The notes: a model not told the origin generated them from the letters alone. Positions 37,502-50,499 are shown, counted from the first letter of the stretch. The stretch: DNA of 64,000 bases from Myxococcota bacterium (GCA_965250285.1 OZ252299.1:2656001-2720000), one strand, 5' to 3'. Translations and numbers: made by a program.

Positions 37502-39289
37502 TCAGCCCGCGAGCGCCGCCTCGATCTTGTCGAGCTCATCCGAGATGCCGGCGGGCAGCCGCTCGCCGAACTGTGCGAAGTACTCGCGAATCTTCGGGAG
37601 TTCTTCGCGCCACGCCGTCTCGTCGATCGAGAGCAAGACCTTCAGGTCTTCCGGGTCGAGGTCGAGGCCTTCGAGGTCGAGATCCTCGGGCCGCGGGATG
37701 TGGCCCACCGGCGTCTCCTCGGCCTTTCCGGTGCCGTCGCAGCGTCGGAAGATCCACTCGAGCACGCGGCTGTTCTCACCGAAGCCCGGCCACAGGAACT
37801 CGCCCGCGTCGTTCTTTCGGAACCAGTTCACGTGGAAGATCTTCGGGAGCTTCGCGCCTTCACGGGCGCCGATCTGCAGCCAGTGCCCCCAGTAGTCGGC
37901 CATGTTGTATCCGCAGAACGGCAGCATGGCCATCGGGTCGAAGCGCAGCTCGCCGAGCCCCCCCTCGGCCGCGGCCGTCTTCTCACTCGAGACCGAGGCG
38001 CCGAAGAACGTGCCCTGGCTCCAGTCGTTGGCCTCGCGCACGAGCGGGACGACCGAGGCGCGGCGTCCGCCGAAGAGGATGGCGTCGATGGGCACACCCG
38101 CCGGATCCTCCCACTCGGACGCGATGACCGGGCACTGATTGGCCGGCGCCGTGAAGCGCGCGTTGGGGTGGGCGGCATTGACGCCGGTGTCCGGCGTCCA
38201 CGCGTTGCCCTTCCAGTCGGTGAGGTGAGCCGGGGGCTCGTCGGTCATCTCCTCCCACCACACGTCCCCGTCATCGGTGAGGCCCACGTTGGTGAAGATG
38301 CAGTTCTCGTTCAGCGCCATCATGGCGTTGTGGTTGCTCTTCTCGCTCGTTCCGGGCGCGACGCCGAAGAAGCCGGCCTCGGGGTTGATCGCGTAGAGCC
38401 GGCCGTCGGCGCCGAACTTCATCCAGGCGATGTCGTCCCCGACGGTCTCGACCTTCCAGCCGGGCACGGTGGGCTCGAGCATCGCGAGGTTCGTCTTGCC
38501 GCAGGCGCTCGGGAAGGCCGCGCAGACGTACTTCGCCGCGCCCTCGGGCGACGTGAGCTTGAGGATCAGCATGTGCTCGGCCATCCAGCCCTCGTCGCGG
38601 GCCATCGTCGAGGCGATGCGGAGCGCGAAGCACTTCTTGCCGAGTAGCGCGTTGCCGCCGTAGCCCGAGCCGAAGCTCCAGATCTCGCGGGTCTCGGGGA
38701 AGTGCACGATGTACTTGTTGTCGGCGTTGCAGGGCCAGGGGACGTCCGCCACGCCATTCGCGAGCGGCATGCCGACCGAGTGGACGCAGGGCACGAACGC
38801 ACCGTTTGCGCCGAGCACGTCGAGCACCTTCGAGCCCATGCGCGTCATCGTCTTCATGTTCGCGACCACATAGGGCGAGTCGCTGAGCTGAACACCGATG
38901 TGCGCGATGGGCGAGCCCAGCGGGCCCATGCTGAACGGCACGACGTACATCGTGCGCCCCTTCATGCAGCCCTTGAACAGGCCATCGAGGGTCTCGCGCA
39001 TCTCGGCCGGCGCCATCCAGTTGTTCGTCGGACCGGCGTCGATCTCGTTCTCGGAGCAGATGAACGTGCGGTCTTCGACGCGCGCCACGTCGGCCGGGTC
39101 GGAGGCCACGCGGTAGCTGTTCTTGCGCTTCGACTCGTCGAGCTTGATCGCCGCGCCGGCTTCGACCAGCAGCCCCATCATGCGGTCGTACTCGGCGTCG
39201 GAGCCATCGCACCACTCGATCCGGTCGGGCTCGCAGAGGGCGGCCATGTCCGCGACCCAGGCGTTCAGCTTCTCGTTCTTGCTCGTCAT
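37502..39289 (-). CDS. pckG: Phosphoenolpyruvate carboxykinase (GTP)
   Basis: [73 protein letters not shown]. Confidence 0.97.
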   Translation of the reverse strand: MTSKNEKLNAWVADMAALCEPDRIEWCDGSDAEYDRMMGLLVEAGAAIKLDESKRKNSYRVASDPADVARVEDRTFICSENEIDAGPTNNWMAPAEMRETLDGLFKGCMKGRTMYVVPFSMGPLGSPIAHIGVQLSDSPYVVANMKTMTRMGSKVLDVLGANGAFVPCVHSVGMPLANGVADVPWPCNADNKYIVHFPETREIWSFGSGYGGNALLGKKCFALRIASTMARDEGWMAEHMLILKLTSPEGAAKYVCAAFPSACGKTNLAMLEPTVPGWKVETVGDDIAWMKFGADGRLYAINPEAGFFGVAPGTSEKSNHNAMMALNENCIFTNVGLTDDGDVWWEEMTDEPPAHLTDWKGNAWTPDTGVNAAHPNARFTAPANQCPVIASEWEDPAGVPIDAILFGGRRASVVPLVREANDWSQGTFFGASVSSEKTAAAEGGLGELRFDPMAMLPFCGYNMADYWGHWLQIGAREGAKLPKIFHVNWFRKNDAGEFLWPGFGENSRVLEWIFRRCDGTGKAEETPVGHIPRPEDLDLEGLDLDPEDLKVLLSIDETAWREELPKIREYFAQFGERLPAGISDELDKIEAALAG

Positions 39290-39697
39290 GTCGGGAGGAC
39301 TCCGGATTGCGTTTCCGCGTCGGACTCGGTCGGACTGTCGGAATGGAATGGAGTGAGTTGAGGGGCCACTCGGCGGGTGGGGGAAACCGCAGGGGGCGTG
39401 ATGATGGCAGATTCCACGGGCGGCGAACAGCCGCACCGTACATTGTGAGTGCACGAGACGCCGTCGGACGTGACGACCGACTGCACGCCGATGCCGGCCA
39501 GCGAGGGTGACCCGGGTTCAGCCCAGAGAGGCTGCCCACGGGCACGCAGGTCGCAAGCAGGCCGCACGCGCCTCGCGTCGGCGTCGACGCGCCCGCCTCG
39601 ACGCGCCGTCCACGATGGCGTCCGACGTGCCCCTCCGGCCTCGCGCCGCACACCCGGCTGCAACGATTCGCGGCGCGGGCACCGCCCGCCTCGGCGC

Positions 39698-40930
39698 TCA
39701 GAGCGCTTCGTAGTACGCCTTCAGCATCTCGAACGCGACCGGTGCCCCGACGAGGCCCATCTGCATCTTGTTCAGCGTGAAGCCGAACCCGGTCTTCGTA
39801 TCGGGGTCGCCCATGCCGAGGCTGCCGCCCGCCCCCGCGTGGCCGAAGCCGCGCGGGCCCGGCGTGAGCTGGATCAGGTCGCTGCGCAGCATGAAGCCGA
39901 GCCCGAAGCGCATCGGCATCTGACCGAGGACGGCATCCGGCCCGTCCGACTGAACCTCGATGGCCCGGTCGAGGGTCTCGGGCCGCATCAGACGCACCCC
40001 GTCCTGCTCGCCGCCGCGCGCGAGCACGCCGTAGACCTTGGCGATGCCGGCGGCGGTGCCATGCCCGTTGGCGGCGGGGATCTCGGCCTGCCGCCATCCA
40101 CGGCTGTTCACGGTGTCGCCCGCGAGCGATGGATTGTTGAAGGCGCCCCCCGTCATCGTCGACGGGTCGGCCATGTCGCGCAGGAAGTCACCGAAGGGCC
40201 CCTTGATCCGCACCGGCGCGGGCGAGGCCTGGCCGTCGGCCCCCTCCTTCGGCTCGGGGCGCGGGAGACCCAGCCCCCCGAACAGCCGACTGGTGCGCGC
40301 GTCGTGCTCGGCACCCAGGCCGATGTGAAAGTCGACGCCGAGCGGCTCGGCGACCTCTTCACGGAAGAAGCGCCCGACGGTGCGACCGTCGACGCGGCGG
40401 ATCACCTCGCCGACCAGCTGGCCGTAGGTCACCGCGTGGTAGCCGTGCTGGGTGCCGGGCTCCCACCAGGGCTTCTCCGCGGCGAGCGCCGCGACCATCG
40501 GGTGCCAGTCGTACATGTCCTGGAGCGTCAGCTTGGGGCGCACCGCCGGCAGCCCGACGCGGTGCGAGAGCAGCCAGCGCACCGGCACCGCGTGCTTGCC
40601 CTCGGCCGCGAACTCGGGCCAGTACTCGGCCACCGGGGCATCGAAGTCGAGCTGCCCGCGATCGGCGAGCATGTGTGCGCAGACTGCGGTCATGCCCTTC
40701 GTGGTCGAGTAGACGTTGACCAGCGTGTCCGCCTGCCAGGGGCGGGTCTGCTCCTTGTCCATCCAGCCGCCGTGCAGATCGACGACGACCTCGCCGTCGG
40801 CGACGAACGCGACCGCCGCCCCGAGGTTCTGCCCGCGCTCGATCGACTGCGCGAAGATCTCGCGCACGCGTTCGAAGCGCGAGTCGCAGTGGCCGGCCAA
40901 GGGGGCCGTGGGGGCGGTCGACTTCGACAT
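39698..40930 (-). CDS. Serine hydrolase (class C beta-lactamase-like esterase)
   Basis: VYSTTKG (SxxK), LLSHRVGL, PWWEPGTQHGYHA, FGHAGAGGS. Confidence 0.9.
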   Translation of the reverse strand: MSKSTAPTAPLAGHCDSRFERVREIFAQSIERGQNLGAAVAFVADGEVVVDLHGGWMDKEQTRPWQADTLVNVYSTTKGMTAVCAHMLADRGQLDFDAPVAEYWPEFAAEGKHAVPVRWLLSHRVGLPAVRPKLTLQDMYDWHPMVAALAAEKPWWEPGTQHGYHAVTYGQLVGEVIRRVDGRTVGRFFREEVAEPLGVDFHIGLGAEHDARTSRLFGGLGLPRPEPKEGADGQASPAPVRIKGPFGDFLRDMADPSTMTGGAFNNPSLAGDTVNSRGWRQAEIPAANGHGTAAGIAKVYGVLARGGEQDGVRLMRPETLDRAIEVQSDGPDAVLGQMPMRFGLGFMLRSDLIQLTPGPRGFGHAGAGGSLGMGDPDTKTGFGFTLNKMQMGLVGAPVAFEMLKAYYEAL

Positions 40931-41019
40931 GGGCGCGTCTCCTGCGACGGTGGGCAACGAGTCGGGGCGTGGGCCACGCTGCGCGCGATGCGCGGGTCGC
41001 CGCGCCGCGACGAGCCAGC

Positions 41020-41673
41020 CTACCCCAGATCGGCGGGGTCGCCGGGCGCCGACGCCGCCTGTCGCGCGGGCTCGTCGGCGCCCCCGGCAATCAGCCGGTA
41101 GGCCGCGCGCCAGAGATCGTCGATGCCGATCTTCTTGTCGGACGACGTCGTCACGAAGCCCCCGCTCGGCTTCGCCACCTGCTGCTTGAGCTGCTGAATG
41201 CGCTGCTTGCGGCGCATCGGCTTCAGCTTGTCGCACTTCGTGAACGCGATGATGGCGTCGACGCCCCGCTCGGCCAGCCACTCGAGCAGCAACGTCTCGT
41301 CTTCGCTGAAATCGCGCCGCACGTCCTGCAGCAGCACCGCCGCCTTGAGCGCGGGCCGATCTTCGAGGTAGGCCTCGACGAGCCGCTGCCAGCTGCGGCG
41401 CTCGCGCTCGGGCACCTTCGCGAAGCCATAGCCGGGTAGATCGACGAGCACGACGTCGCGTTTGCCGCGCGTGATCGCGAAGAAGTGGATCAGTCGCGTC
41501 TTGCCCGGCGTCGAGCTGGTGCGCGCCAGCGCCTTGCGGTGAGCGAGCGCGTTCAAGAGGCTCGACTTGCCGACGTTCGATCGGCCCAGGAACGCGATCT
41601 CGGGCAGTCCCGTATCGGGAAACTGCCCGGGCCTCGCGCAAGAGATGATCAACTCGGCGCGCGAGACGTTCAC
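41020..41673 (-). CDS. engB: Ribosome biogenesis GTPase YihA/EngB
   Basis: GRSNVGKSS, TSSTPGKT, DLPGYG, TKCDK. Confidence 0.95.
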   Translation of the reverse strand: MNVSRAELIISCARPGQFPDTGLPEIAFLGRSNVGKSSLLNALAHRKALARTSSTPGKTRLIHFFAITRGKRDVVLVDLPGYGFAKVPERERRSWQRLVEAYLEDRPALKAAVLLQDVRRDFSEDETLLLEWLAERGVDAIIAFTKCDKLKPMRRKQRIQQLKQQVAKPSGGFVTTSSDKKIGIDDLWRAAYRLIAGGADEPARQAASAPGDPADLG

Positions 41674-42875
41674 GGTGCCCCCCCGGCGCCGGCCGCGGGT
41701 GCTCCCTCGAGCGCAGGCAGCACATCGGCGAGCCGCGCGAGCGCCGCGTCGATCACCGCGTCTTCGACGGCGAAGCAGAAGCGCAGGTGCCCCTCGGCGA
41801 CCGACCCGAAGTCGATGCCCGGCGTCACGCCGACGCCCGCGCGCTCGAGCAGCTCGAAGGCCAGCGCCCGGCTGTCGGCGCCGAAGCGGCGCGCGTCGGC
41901 CAGCACATAGAACGCACCATCGGGGGGGCGCGCGACGCCGAAGCCGAGGGCGCGCAGGCCCTCAACCAGGCGATCACGACGCGGCTGGTAGCGCGCGCGC
42001 CGGGCCGCCACGTCGGGCGTGCCCTGCTCGAGGGCGGCGATGCCCGCGTGCTGCACGAAGCGGCTCGCCGAGATGAAGAAGCTCTGCTGCATGATCTGCA
42101 GCCGCCGCACGTCGGCCTCGGGCGCGACCACCCAGCCGAGCCTGAACCCGGTCATCGCGTAGCGCTTCGAGAAGCCGTCGAGGACGTAGAGCGGCGCGTC
42201 CCCTTCGGTCTCGAGGGCGCTCGTGATGCCCGGCGCGGCGTAGGTCAGCCCATCGTAGATCTCGTCGGAGATGATCGTGAGGCCGCTCTCGCGCAGGCGT
42301 TCGAGGGCGTCACGGGTCTGCACGGCGCCGGTCGGGTTGGCGGGCGAGCCGAGGATCACCGCCCGGGTGCGGTCGGTGCGCGCCGATTCGATCGCGTCGA
42401 CCGAGACGCGCCAGCCCGCCTCGGCGCGTGTGGGCACGTAGACGGGCTTCCCCCCGCAGAAGCGCACGAAGTTCGGGTAGCAGGGGTAGTGGGGTGTGGG
42501 CACGATCACCTCGCCGCCGTGCTCGAGCACCGATGCGACGACCATCAACAGCGCGGGCGACGTGCCGCCGGTGACGATCACGCGCTCGGGCGACACGTCG
42601 ACACCGAAGCGCCGGTGGAGATCTCTTGCGATGGCTTCGCGCAGGGGGGCGAGGCCGCGGCTGTCGGTGTAGCGGGTCTCGCCCTGAGCGAGGGCGGTCG
42701 AGATCGCGTCGAGCGCGGCCTGGGGCGCGGCGCCATCGGGCTCCCCGATCTCGAGGTGAAGCACCTCGCGGCCGGCCGCCTCGAGCTCGAAGGCGCGCTC
42801 CATCACCTCCATGGCGAGAAAGGGCTCGAGATCGGCGACCCGGGGGCCGGCAGGAGGCGGTTGCACAGGCGGCAT
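41670..42875 (-). CDS. PLP-dependent class I/II aminotransferase
   Basis: LEIGEPD, YTDSRG, SPANPTG, SDEIY, GFSKRYAMTGFRLGW, GAFY. Start MPPVQPP. Confidence 0.92.
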   Translation of the reverse strand: MPPVQPPPAGPRVADLEPFLAMEVMERAFELEAAGREVLHLEIGEPDGAAPQAALDAISTALAQGETRYTDSRGLAPLREAIARDLHRRFGVDVSPERVIVTGGTSPALLMVVASVLEHGGEVIVPTPHYPCYPNFVRFCGGKPVYVPTRAEAGWRVSVDAIESARTDRTRAVILGSPANPTGAVQTRDALERLRESGLTIISDEIYDGLTYAAPGITSALETEGDAPLYVLDGFSKRYAMTGFRLGWVVAPEADVRRLQIMQQSFFISASRFVQHAGIAALEQGTPDVAARRARYQPRRDRLVEGLRALGFGVARPPDGAFYVLADARRFGADSRALAFELLERAGVGVTPGIDFGSVAEGHLRFCFAVEDAVIDAALARLADVLPALEGAPAAGAGGAP

Positions 42876-42881
42876 GGCGGC

Positions 42882-42911
42882 GGAGTAGCCGACCCGGTGA
42901 TGCCATGTCAA
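42882..42911 (-). promoter_or_regulatory. Putative sigma-70 promoter, possibly giving a leaderless aminotransferase mRNA
   Basis: Minus strand TTGACA-N18-TACTCC-N6-ATG; no SD sequence. Confidence 0.45.
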
Positions 42912-42978
42912 CCGGACCGGTTCTGCCACAATGCGTTGCAAGTCCCCGGAAACGCGAGTGTTTCGTGCCTGTCCGGCT

Positions 42979-43007
42979 TTGACACGGGGCACCCCTGTAG
43001 CTACGTT
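42979..43007 (+). promoter_or_regulatory. Putative sigma-70 promoter of the ccm operon
   Basis: TTGACA-N17-TACGTT. Confidence 0.6.
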
Positions 43008-43170
43008 CCGCGCGTCGTCGAACCCAGCTCTTCGCGCGAGGGGCCCAAGCCGACGTGACGGCCTCGCGGCCGCTGCGCGCACCTCGCGATCCGCAGACCA
43101 CGACGACCCGAGGCGACGTCCGCGCCACCGAGCCGCCTGCGCCCTCGCCCCTGCAAAGGGAGACGCCCCG

Positions 43171-43719
43171 ATGTCCGAGCCGACTTCACCTGCCGATCCA
43201 AACGCCCCTGGCACGCCCGACTCGGGCCTGGGCGATGGCGGCGGCGTGGGCAAGGGGATCCAGCTCGCGATCGGTGCGCTGATCGTGGCGGCGCTGCTCG
43301 GTTGGTACGGCTGGACGAATCTCCAGCAGGGCGCGTCATTCCAGTACTTCCAGAGCCTCGATGAATTCATGGCCCAGGCACCGCCGCCCGCCGACGTCGG
43401 GCTGCGCCTGCACGGCTACGTCGCGAACACCTCGATCGAACGCGACCTCGAGGGCAAGGAGGTGCGCTTCCGCGTGCAGAGCGAGCCGCCCCACGCCGTC
43501 GGCGACGCCGATCAGACGCTCTCGGTGGTCTTCGCGAGCCTCGAGACGCCCGATCTGTTCAAGGACGGCGCCGAGGTCGTGCTCGAAGGTCGCATGAGCC
43601 AGGCGGGTGGCGCCCCGATCTTCGTCGCAGACAACGTCATGGCGAAGTGCCCGTCGAAGTTCGAAGCGAAGCTCGCGAGCGAGCAGGCCGAAGCCGAAGC
43701 CCAAGGCGCACGACTCTGA
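43171..43719 (+). CDS. ccmE: Cytochrome c maturation heme chaperone CcmE (Cys variant)
   Basis: TM helix, LRLHGYV, PDLFKDGAEVVLEG, AKCPSKF. Confidence 0.9.
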   Translation: MSEPTSPADPNAPGTPDSGLGDGGGVGKGIQLAIGALIVAALLGWYGWTNLQQGASFQYFQSLDEFMAQAPPPADVGLRLHGYVANTSIERDLEGKEVRFRVQSEPPHAVGDADQTLSVVFASLETPDLFKDGAEVVLEGRMSQAGGAPIFVADNVMAKCPSKFEAKLASEQAEAEAQGARL

Positions 43720-43800
43720 GCCGGCTGCGCCCACCGGCCCCACAGCCCGATCCACCGCCGAAACCGCCACCTATGCGGGTCGGCCAACGGAGAACCCCTG

Positions 43801-45770
<1,970 letters not shown>

Positions 45771-45774
<4 letters not shown>

Positions 45775-47738
45775 GCACACACTCGATTCGATCCACGCGG
45801 GTCGACACGACTGCGCGGCGCATCGGCGCGTCGGGCCTGCTCGCATGCGCGTGGCTTGCGCTGCTCTTCGCGGGCGGGGCACCGGCCTCGGCGCAGGCGC
45901 CCTCGCCCCACGCCGGCGGCGGCGCGAGCAGCGTGCCGGCGCTGCCGCCGGGCGACGGCCAGATGACCATCGACGTCGTCGTGAAGGGCAGCGATGCCCC
46001 GGCGGCCGGCGTCGACGTCGCGCTCTACGCGCTCTCCCCCGATGGCACCCCCGGGCTCGGCAGCGGGGTCACCGACACGAACGGCCGCTTCGTGTTCGAG
46101 GGCCTCTCGACCGACGGGGCGATCACCTATCTCGCCGGCGCGAACTACGAGGGCGTCCCCTTCGGCGAGCGCGTCGCGTTCGAGCCCGGCCAGACGGCGC
46201 AGCGCGTCCGCCTCGAGGTCATCCGCGCGAGCGTCGAAGGCCCGCCGATCCGTGTCGAGGAGACCCGGGTGCAGGTGGGCTGGCTCGGCCGGCTGCTGCT
46301 CTTCGATGTCACGGTGCTGGTGCGCAACCCCGGCGAGACCGTGCGCAAGATCGACGGCGCGGCGCGAAGCGATCATCCGCCGCTCTTCGAGGCGGCCCTG
46401 CCGGCCCAGTTCGTCGAGTTCGCCGAGGCGGCCGTCGGGTTCGCCGACGGCCTCGAAAGAGATGGCACGAAGCTGCGCTTCTTCGGGCCCGTCTACCCCG
46501 GTCAGCAGGAGATCCGCTGGCGTTTCACCTATGCGGTGCCCGACGACGCCGGCGGCACCACCGTCGACATCGACCTACCCCAGCCTCGGGGCAGCGGGCG
46601 CCTGAGCGTGCTGACCCCGAGCTCGGGGCCGCTGCTCGCACCGAGTGAAGAGCGCGCATCGCAGCCCGTCGAGCGCGAGGGCGTGCTCTACGACCTGGCC
46701 GAGCTCGCCGCAGTCCCGCCCGGCGGCACGCTCGACCTGAAGCTCGAGGTGCCGGCGTCGCGATCCGACACGAACGCAATCGACGTCCCCCGAGCCGACT
46801 GGTGGCTCGATCACGACGACGCGGTCGTCGAGGTGCGCGGTCAGATCCAGCTCGAGGTGGCCCCCGGCCCCCACGTGCAGGGCACGCCCGAGGCGCCCCT
46901 CATTCACATCGAACTGCCCGAAGGCGCCCGTCTGGGTGGCGTGTCCGCCGCGACCCAGGCCCTCGGAATCGGCGAAGGCCTCGACGGTGGCATCGACGTG
47001 ATCGGGCCCATCCCGCCCGGCTCGTCGAGCATCGAGTTCGGCTACGAGGTGTCGACCGGTGCCGACGGCGCGCTCGATCTCGAGCTCGGGCTGAGTCGAC
47101 CGGTCGATGTGGTGAACGTGCTGGTCGCCGACAACGGCATCGCCGTCGACAGCGACCAGCTGCATCGCCGGCGGCCCTTCCGACAGGGCACGCGAAACTA
47201 TCTGCATCGCCGCGCGTTCCAGGTCGGTGCCAACGAACGCATCGACGTGCGGCTGGCGCCGCTCGACGACCAGGCCGCGCCGCGCAACCGGTCGCTGCTC
47301 GCCGTACTCGTGCTCGGCGGCGGCGCCGCGTGGTTCCTCGTGGCGCCGCTCCGAGCGCGTCCGCGCGACGACGAGGCGACCGCAACGGGTGACGGTGAGC
47401 AGGCCTGGCAGCGCGAGATGATCTACGAGGCGATCCGCGATCTCGACCTCGACCTCGAGACCGGGAAGGTCTCGGAGCAGGATCACGCGGAGATGCGGGC
47501 CAAGCTCCGCGCCGAGGCCATCGAGCTGGTGCGCGCCGAGCGAGCAAGCCGCGCCGCGAGCGAGGCCACGACCGGCTCGGCCGCGTCGAGTGGGGCCACC
47601 GCCGAAGGCCAAGGCGCCGGCGAGGCGACCGAACCGAGCGCTCCGGCCCGGGGCGCATTCTGCCCGCACTGCGGCGGACGGGTCGAGCCCGACTGGCAAT
47701 TCTGCAGCCACTGCGGCGGGGAGCTCACCCCGTCGTGA
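45771..47738 (+). CDS. Ccm-associated membrane protein: periplasmic beta domains, TM helix, CcmI-N-like helix and Zn ribbon
   Basis: Signal peptide; carboxypeptidase-regulatory-like GVTDTNGRFVFEGL; TM helix; IYEAIRDLDLDLETGKVSEQDH; FCPHCG...FCSHCG. Overlaps ccmF and ccmA. Confidence 0.75.
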
Positions 47739-48433
47739 CCCGCACGCTGCTCGAGGCCCGGGGCATCGAGAAGCGTTTCGGCGCGGTCACGGCGCTGCGC
47801 GGCATCGACCTCGACGTCGTGAGTCATCACGTCCTTGGCGTCGTCGGCCCGAACGGCGCCGGCAAGAGCACGCTCCTCAAGCTACTCGCCGGGCTCGCGC
47901 GCCCGACGGCTGGGCGCATCGCGCGAAGCAGTGGCGCCGACCGGCGCGGCGACGTCGGCTACCTCGGGCACGCCACCCTGCTCTACCCCGAGCTGACCGC
48001 GGCCGAGAACCTCGCCTTCGTCGGGCGCCTGCATGGCGTCACCGACCCGGGCGGCCGTGCGCGCACGCTGCTCGAGGAGGAAGGCCTCGCCGAGGTGGCG
48101 GACCGACGCGCGGGGACCTTCTCGCGCGGCATGGCCCAGCGCCTCTCGATCGCCCGGGCGCGCGTGCACGACCCCGCGCTCGTACTGCTCGATGAGCCCT
48201 TCACCGGCCTCGACCTGCCCGCGGCCGAGCGCCTCGCCGCGCGGGTCGGTGCGCTCCGCGATGCGGGACACGGCCTCGTGCTCGTCACCCACGACGTGCG
48301 CCAGGCCGCCGAGCTCTGCGACACGGTGCTCGTCCTGTCGGGCGGCCGCGTCGCGCTGCACGCCGACGCGGCGACGACGTCGGCCGACGCGCTGGCCGCG
48401 CGCTACGCCGAGGTCGCGGGGGCCCGCGCATGA
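47735..48433 (+). CDS. ccmA: Heme ABC exporter ATP-binding protein CcmA
   Basis: GPNGAGKST, YLGH, LTAAENL, FSRGMAQR, LLDEPFTGLD; operon context. Confidence 0.9.
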   Translation: MTRTLLEARGIEKRFGAVTALRGIDLDVVSHHVLGVVGPNGAGKSTLLKLLAGLARPTAGRIARSSGADRRGDVGYLGHATLLYPELTAAENLAFVGRLHGVTDPGGRARTLLEEEGLAEVADRRAGTFSRGMAQRLSIARARVHDPALVLLDEPFTGLDLPAAERLAARVGALRDAGHGLVLVTHDVRQAAELCDTVLVLSGGRVALHADAATTSADALAARYAEVAGARA

Positions 48434-49095
48434 ACGTCGCCCTCGCCGTCCTCGTCAAGGATCTCGTCACCGAGTGGCGTTCGCGCGACCGCGTCGTGGC
48501 CATGGCGCTCTTCGCTCTGCTGATGGCCATGGTGTTTCACTTCGCCTTGCCGACCCTCGACGACGATGCGCTGCGCGAGGCGCTGGCTGGGCTCTTGTGG
48601 ACGGCCTTCGTCTTCTCGGCGCTGCTCGGCCTGAACCGGTCGTTCGCCCTCGAGCTCGAGAACGACGCGCTCGCGAACCTGATGGGCGTGCCGGGCAATC
48701 GCGGCCACGTGTTCCTCGGCAAGGCCGCGGCGAACTTCGTGCTGGTCTCGATCACGGCGGCGATGACGACGTTCGCGTTCGCCGTGCTCTTCGACGTCAG
48801 CCTGTGGGCGCATGTCGGTCCGCTCGCGGTCGTCGTCGGGCTCGGCCTCCTCGGGCTCTGCGCGATCGGCACGCTGTTCGCGTGCATGTCGGTTCGCACG
48901 CGCTTTCGCGAGGTGCTGCTGCCGATCCTGCTGCTGCCCGCACTGTTCCCGGTGCTCGCCGGTGCGGTGGGCGGCACGCTCGCGGTGCTCGCCGGCGATC
49001 CCCTACCCTTCGCCGCCGTCCAGCTCCTGATCGTGGTCGACGGCATCTACCTCGTGGTCGGGTTCCTCGGCTTCGACCTGATTCTCGATGAATAG
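48430..49095 (+). CDS. ccmB: Heme exporter permease CcmB
   Basis: KDLVTEWRSR, LNRSFALE, FLGK, LLPILLLP. Confidence 0.9.
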   Translation: MNVALAVLVKDLVTEWRSRDRVVAMALFALLMAMVFHFALPTLDDDALREALAGLLWTAFVFSALLGLNRSFALELENDALANLMGVPGNRGHVFLGKAAANFVLVSITAAMTTFAFAVLFDVSLWAHVGPLAVVVGLGLLGLCAIGTLFACMSVRTRFREVLLPILLLPALFPVLAGAVGGTLAVLAGDPLPFAAVQLLIVVDGIYLVVGFLGFDLILDE

Positions 49096-49128
49096 TCCGC
49101 GCTCGGCGGACGCAAGAGGAGAGACCCG

Positions 49129-49845
49129 ATGAGCGGTCTCGCACAATCGGACGAGAGCATCCTCGAGGCGCGCATCCAGCGCTCCATCGGTCCCCTCGGC
49201 ATCGTCATGGTGGTGCTGGCGCTGGTCTGGGGCTGGGCCGTCGTGCAGGCGCCGATCGACTCGGTGCAAGGCGTGATCCAGAAGATCCTCTACGTGCACC
49301 CGCCGCTCGCGTACGGCACCTACCTCGGCTTCGTCGTGACCGCGGTCGCGGGCGGCGTGTATCTGGCGCGAGGCCGCGAGGAGTGGGACCGACTCGCGAT
49401 CGCGGGGGCCGAGGTCGGCGTGATCTTCTGCATCCTGATGCTGATCACCGGGCCGATCTGGGCGAAGGGCACCTGGGGCCGCTGGTGGTCGTGGGACCCC
49501 CGGCTCACGGTGACGCTCCTGCTCTTCTTCGTCTATCTCGCGTACCTGCTGCTCCGCAACTTCGCCGGCCCGGGCCCGCGCACGGCGCGGTTCGCTTCGG
49601 TGTACGGGATCGTCGGCGTGGTTCTGATTCCCCTCAATTACTACATCATCGAAATCTTCGACAATCGCTCGATGCACCCCGAGAACCTCGAGCGAGGCAG
49701 CCTCGGCGACGGCATGGGCTGGCCGTTCCTGATGGGCAACCTGGCCCTCTTCTTCGCCTTCGTCTATCTGCTGCTGCTGCGCTGGAGCGTCGAGAATCTG
49801 CGCGCGCGGGACGCCCGTCAGATGGCCGAGGAGGGCGCCCCGTGA
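49129..49845 (+). CDS. ccmC: Heme exporter protein CcmC
   Basis: KILYVHPP, TGPIWAKGTWGRWWSWDPRLT (WWD domain), SMHP. Confidence 0.93.
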   Translation: MSGLAQSDESILEARIQRSIGPLGIVMVVLALVWGWAVVQAPIDSVQGVIQKILYVHPPLAYGTYLGFVVTAVAGGVYLARGREEWDRLAIAGAEVGVIFCILMLITGPIWAKGTWGRWWSWDPRLTVTLLLFFVYLAYLLLRNFAGPGPRTARFASVYGIVGVVLIPLNYYIIEIFDNRSMHPENLERGSLGDGMGWPFLMGNLALFFAFVYLLLLRWSVENLRARDARQMAEEGAP

Positions 49846-49943
49846 GCTATCTGATCGCCGCCTACGCCGTCACCCTCGTCACACTGGTGGGCTATGGCCT
49901 CGCTCTCGTGCGCGAGCGCAATCGCCGGCGCGGCGACGGCTGA
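49842..49943 (+). CDS. ccmD: Heme exporter protein CcmD-like (33 aa)
   Basis: GTG start overlapping the ccmC stop; MSYLIAAYAVTLVTLVGYGLALVRERNRRRGDG (AY motif, TM helix, basic tail). Confidence 0.75.
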   Translation: MSYLIAAYAVTLVTLVGYGLALVRERNRRRGDG

Positions 49944-50484
49944 AGCGCGGCCAGCGCACACTCGGCAGGCCCGCCGACATCAGAGAGACGGTGGTTGACA
50001 GCCTGCTTGGCAGCGGGGTATCAAGTCGGTGGCAGCGGCCGGGTCGGGCCCGGACGCTTCCTCCCCGAACCCCAGGCTCGTCCACCCGAACAGCAATCCA
50101 GCGCAGCGAGGCGTCCAGCCACGGGCGCTCGAAGCGGCACTCAGACGGGCCCAGGACCGCGGCTTTGCGTGCCGCGACCCCTGAGCCGAGCGGGGCCGGC
50201 CCCGGCTGTCATGCGACAGCAGGTGGCCAACCGGCCAAGCGAGTGGACCACAAGGGGTGCACGAGGAGCGCACAGAGGGTGAAGGAATTTGCGGGGTCCA
50301 CGCGGGGCGGCAGTGAATGTCTCATTCGCGCCGCTCGGGCCCCCTCGGCACCGATCGCATCGGCGGCGACCCCGTCGGGCGGCGGCTGAGCAGCGCGCAG
50401 AGCGAACGCAACAGCCGGCACAAGTGTCCGAATTCGCGATCGGACGACCCGCCGGGATAGAGACGCGAACGAAGTGATCGCAGG

Positions 50485-50499
50485 TGGCATGGCACTTGC
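50485..50499 (+). promoter_or_regulatory. Sigma-54 (-24/-12) promoter
   Basis: TGGCATGGCACTTGC matches TGGCAC/T-N5-TTGC with GG-N10-GC spacing, about 160 bp upstream of the 50657 ORF. Confidence 0.7.

Noticed and set aside
39698..40930. Antibiotic-resistance beta-lactamase
   Set aside because: Motifs fit the widespread family VIII esterase/serine hydrolase group; no evidence of resistance function.
50177..50190. CCCCTGAGCCGA recalls a segment of enterobacterial 6S RNA
   Set aside because: I could not find the complementary 3' strand or central bubble, and the usual zapA/ygfA context is absent. Kept only as a generic ncRNA candidate.
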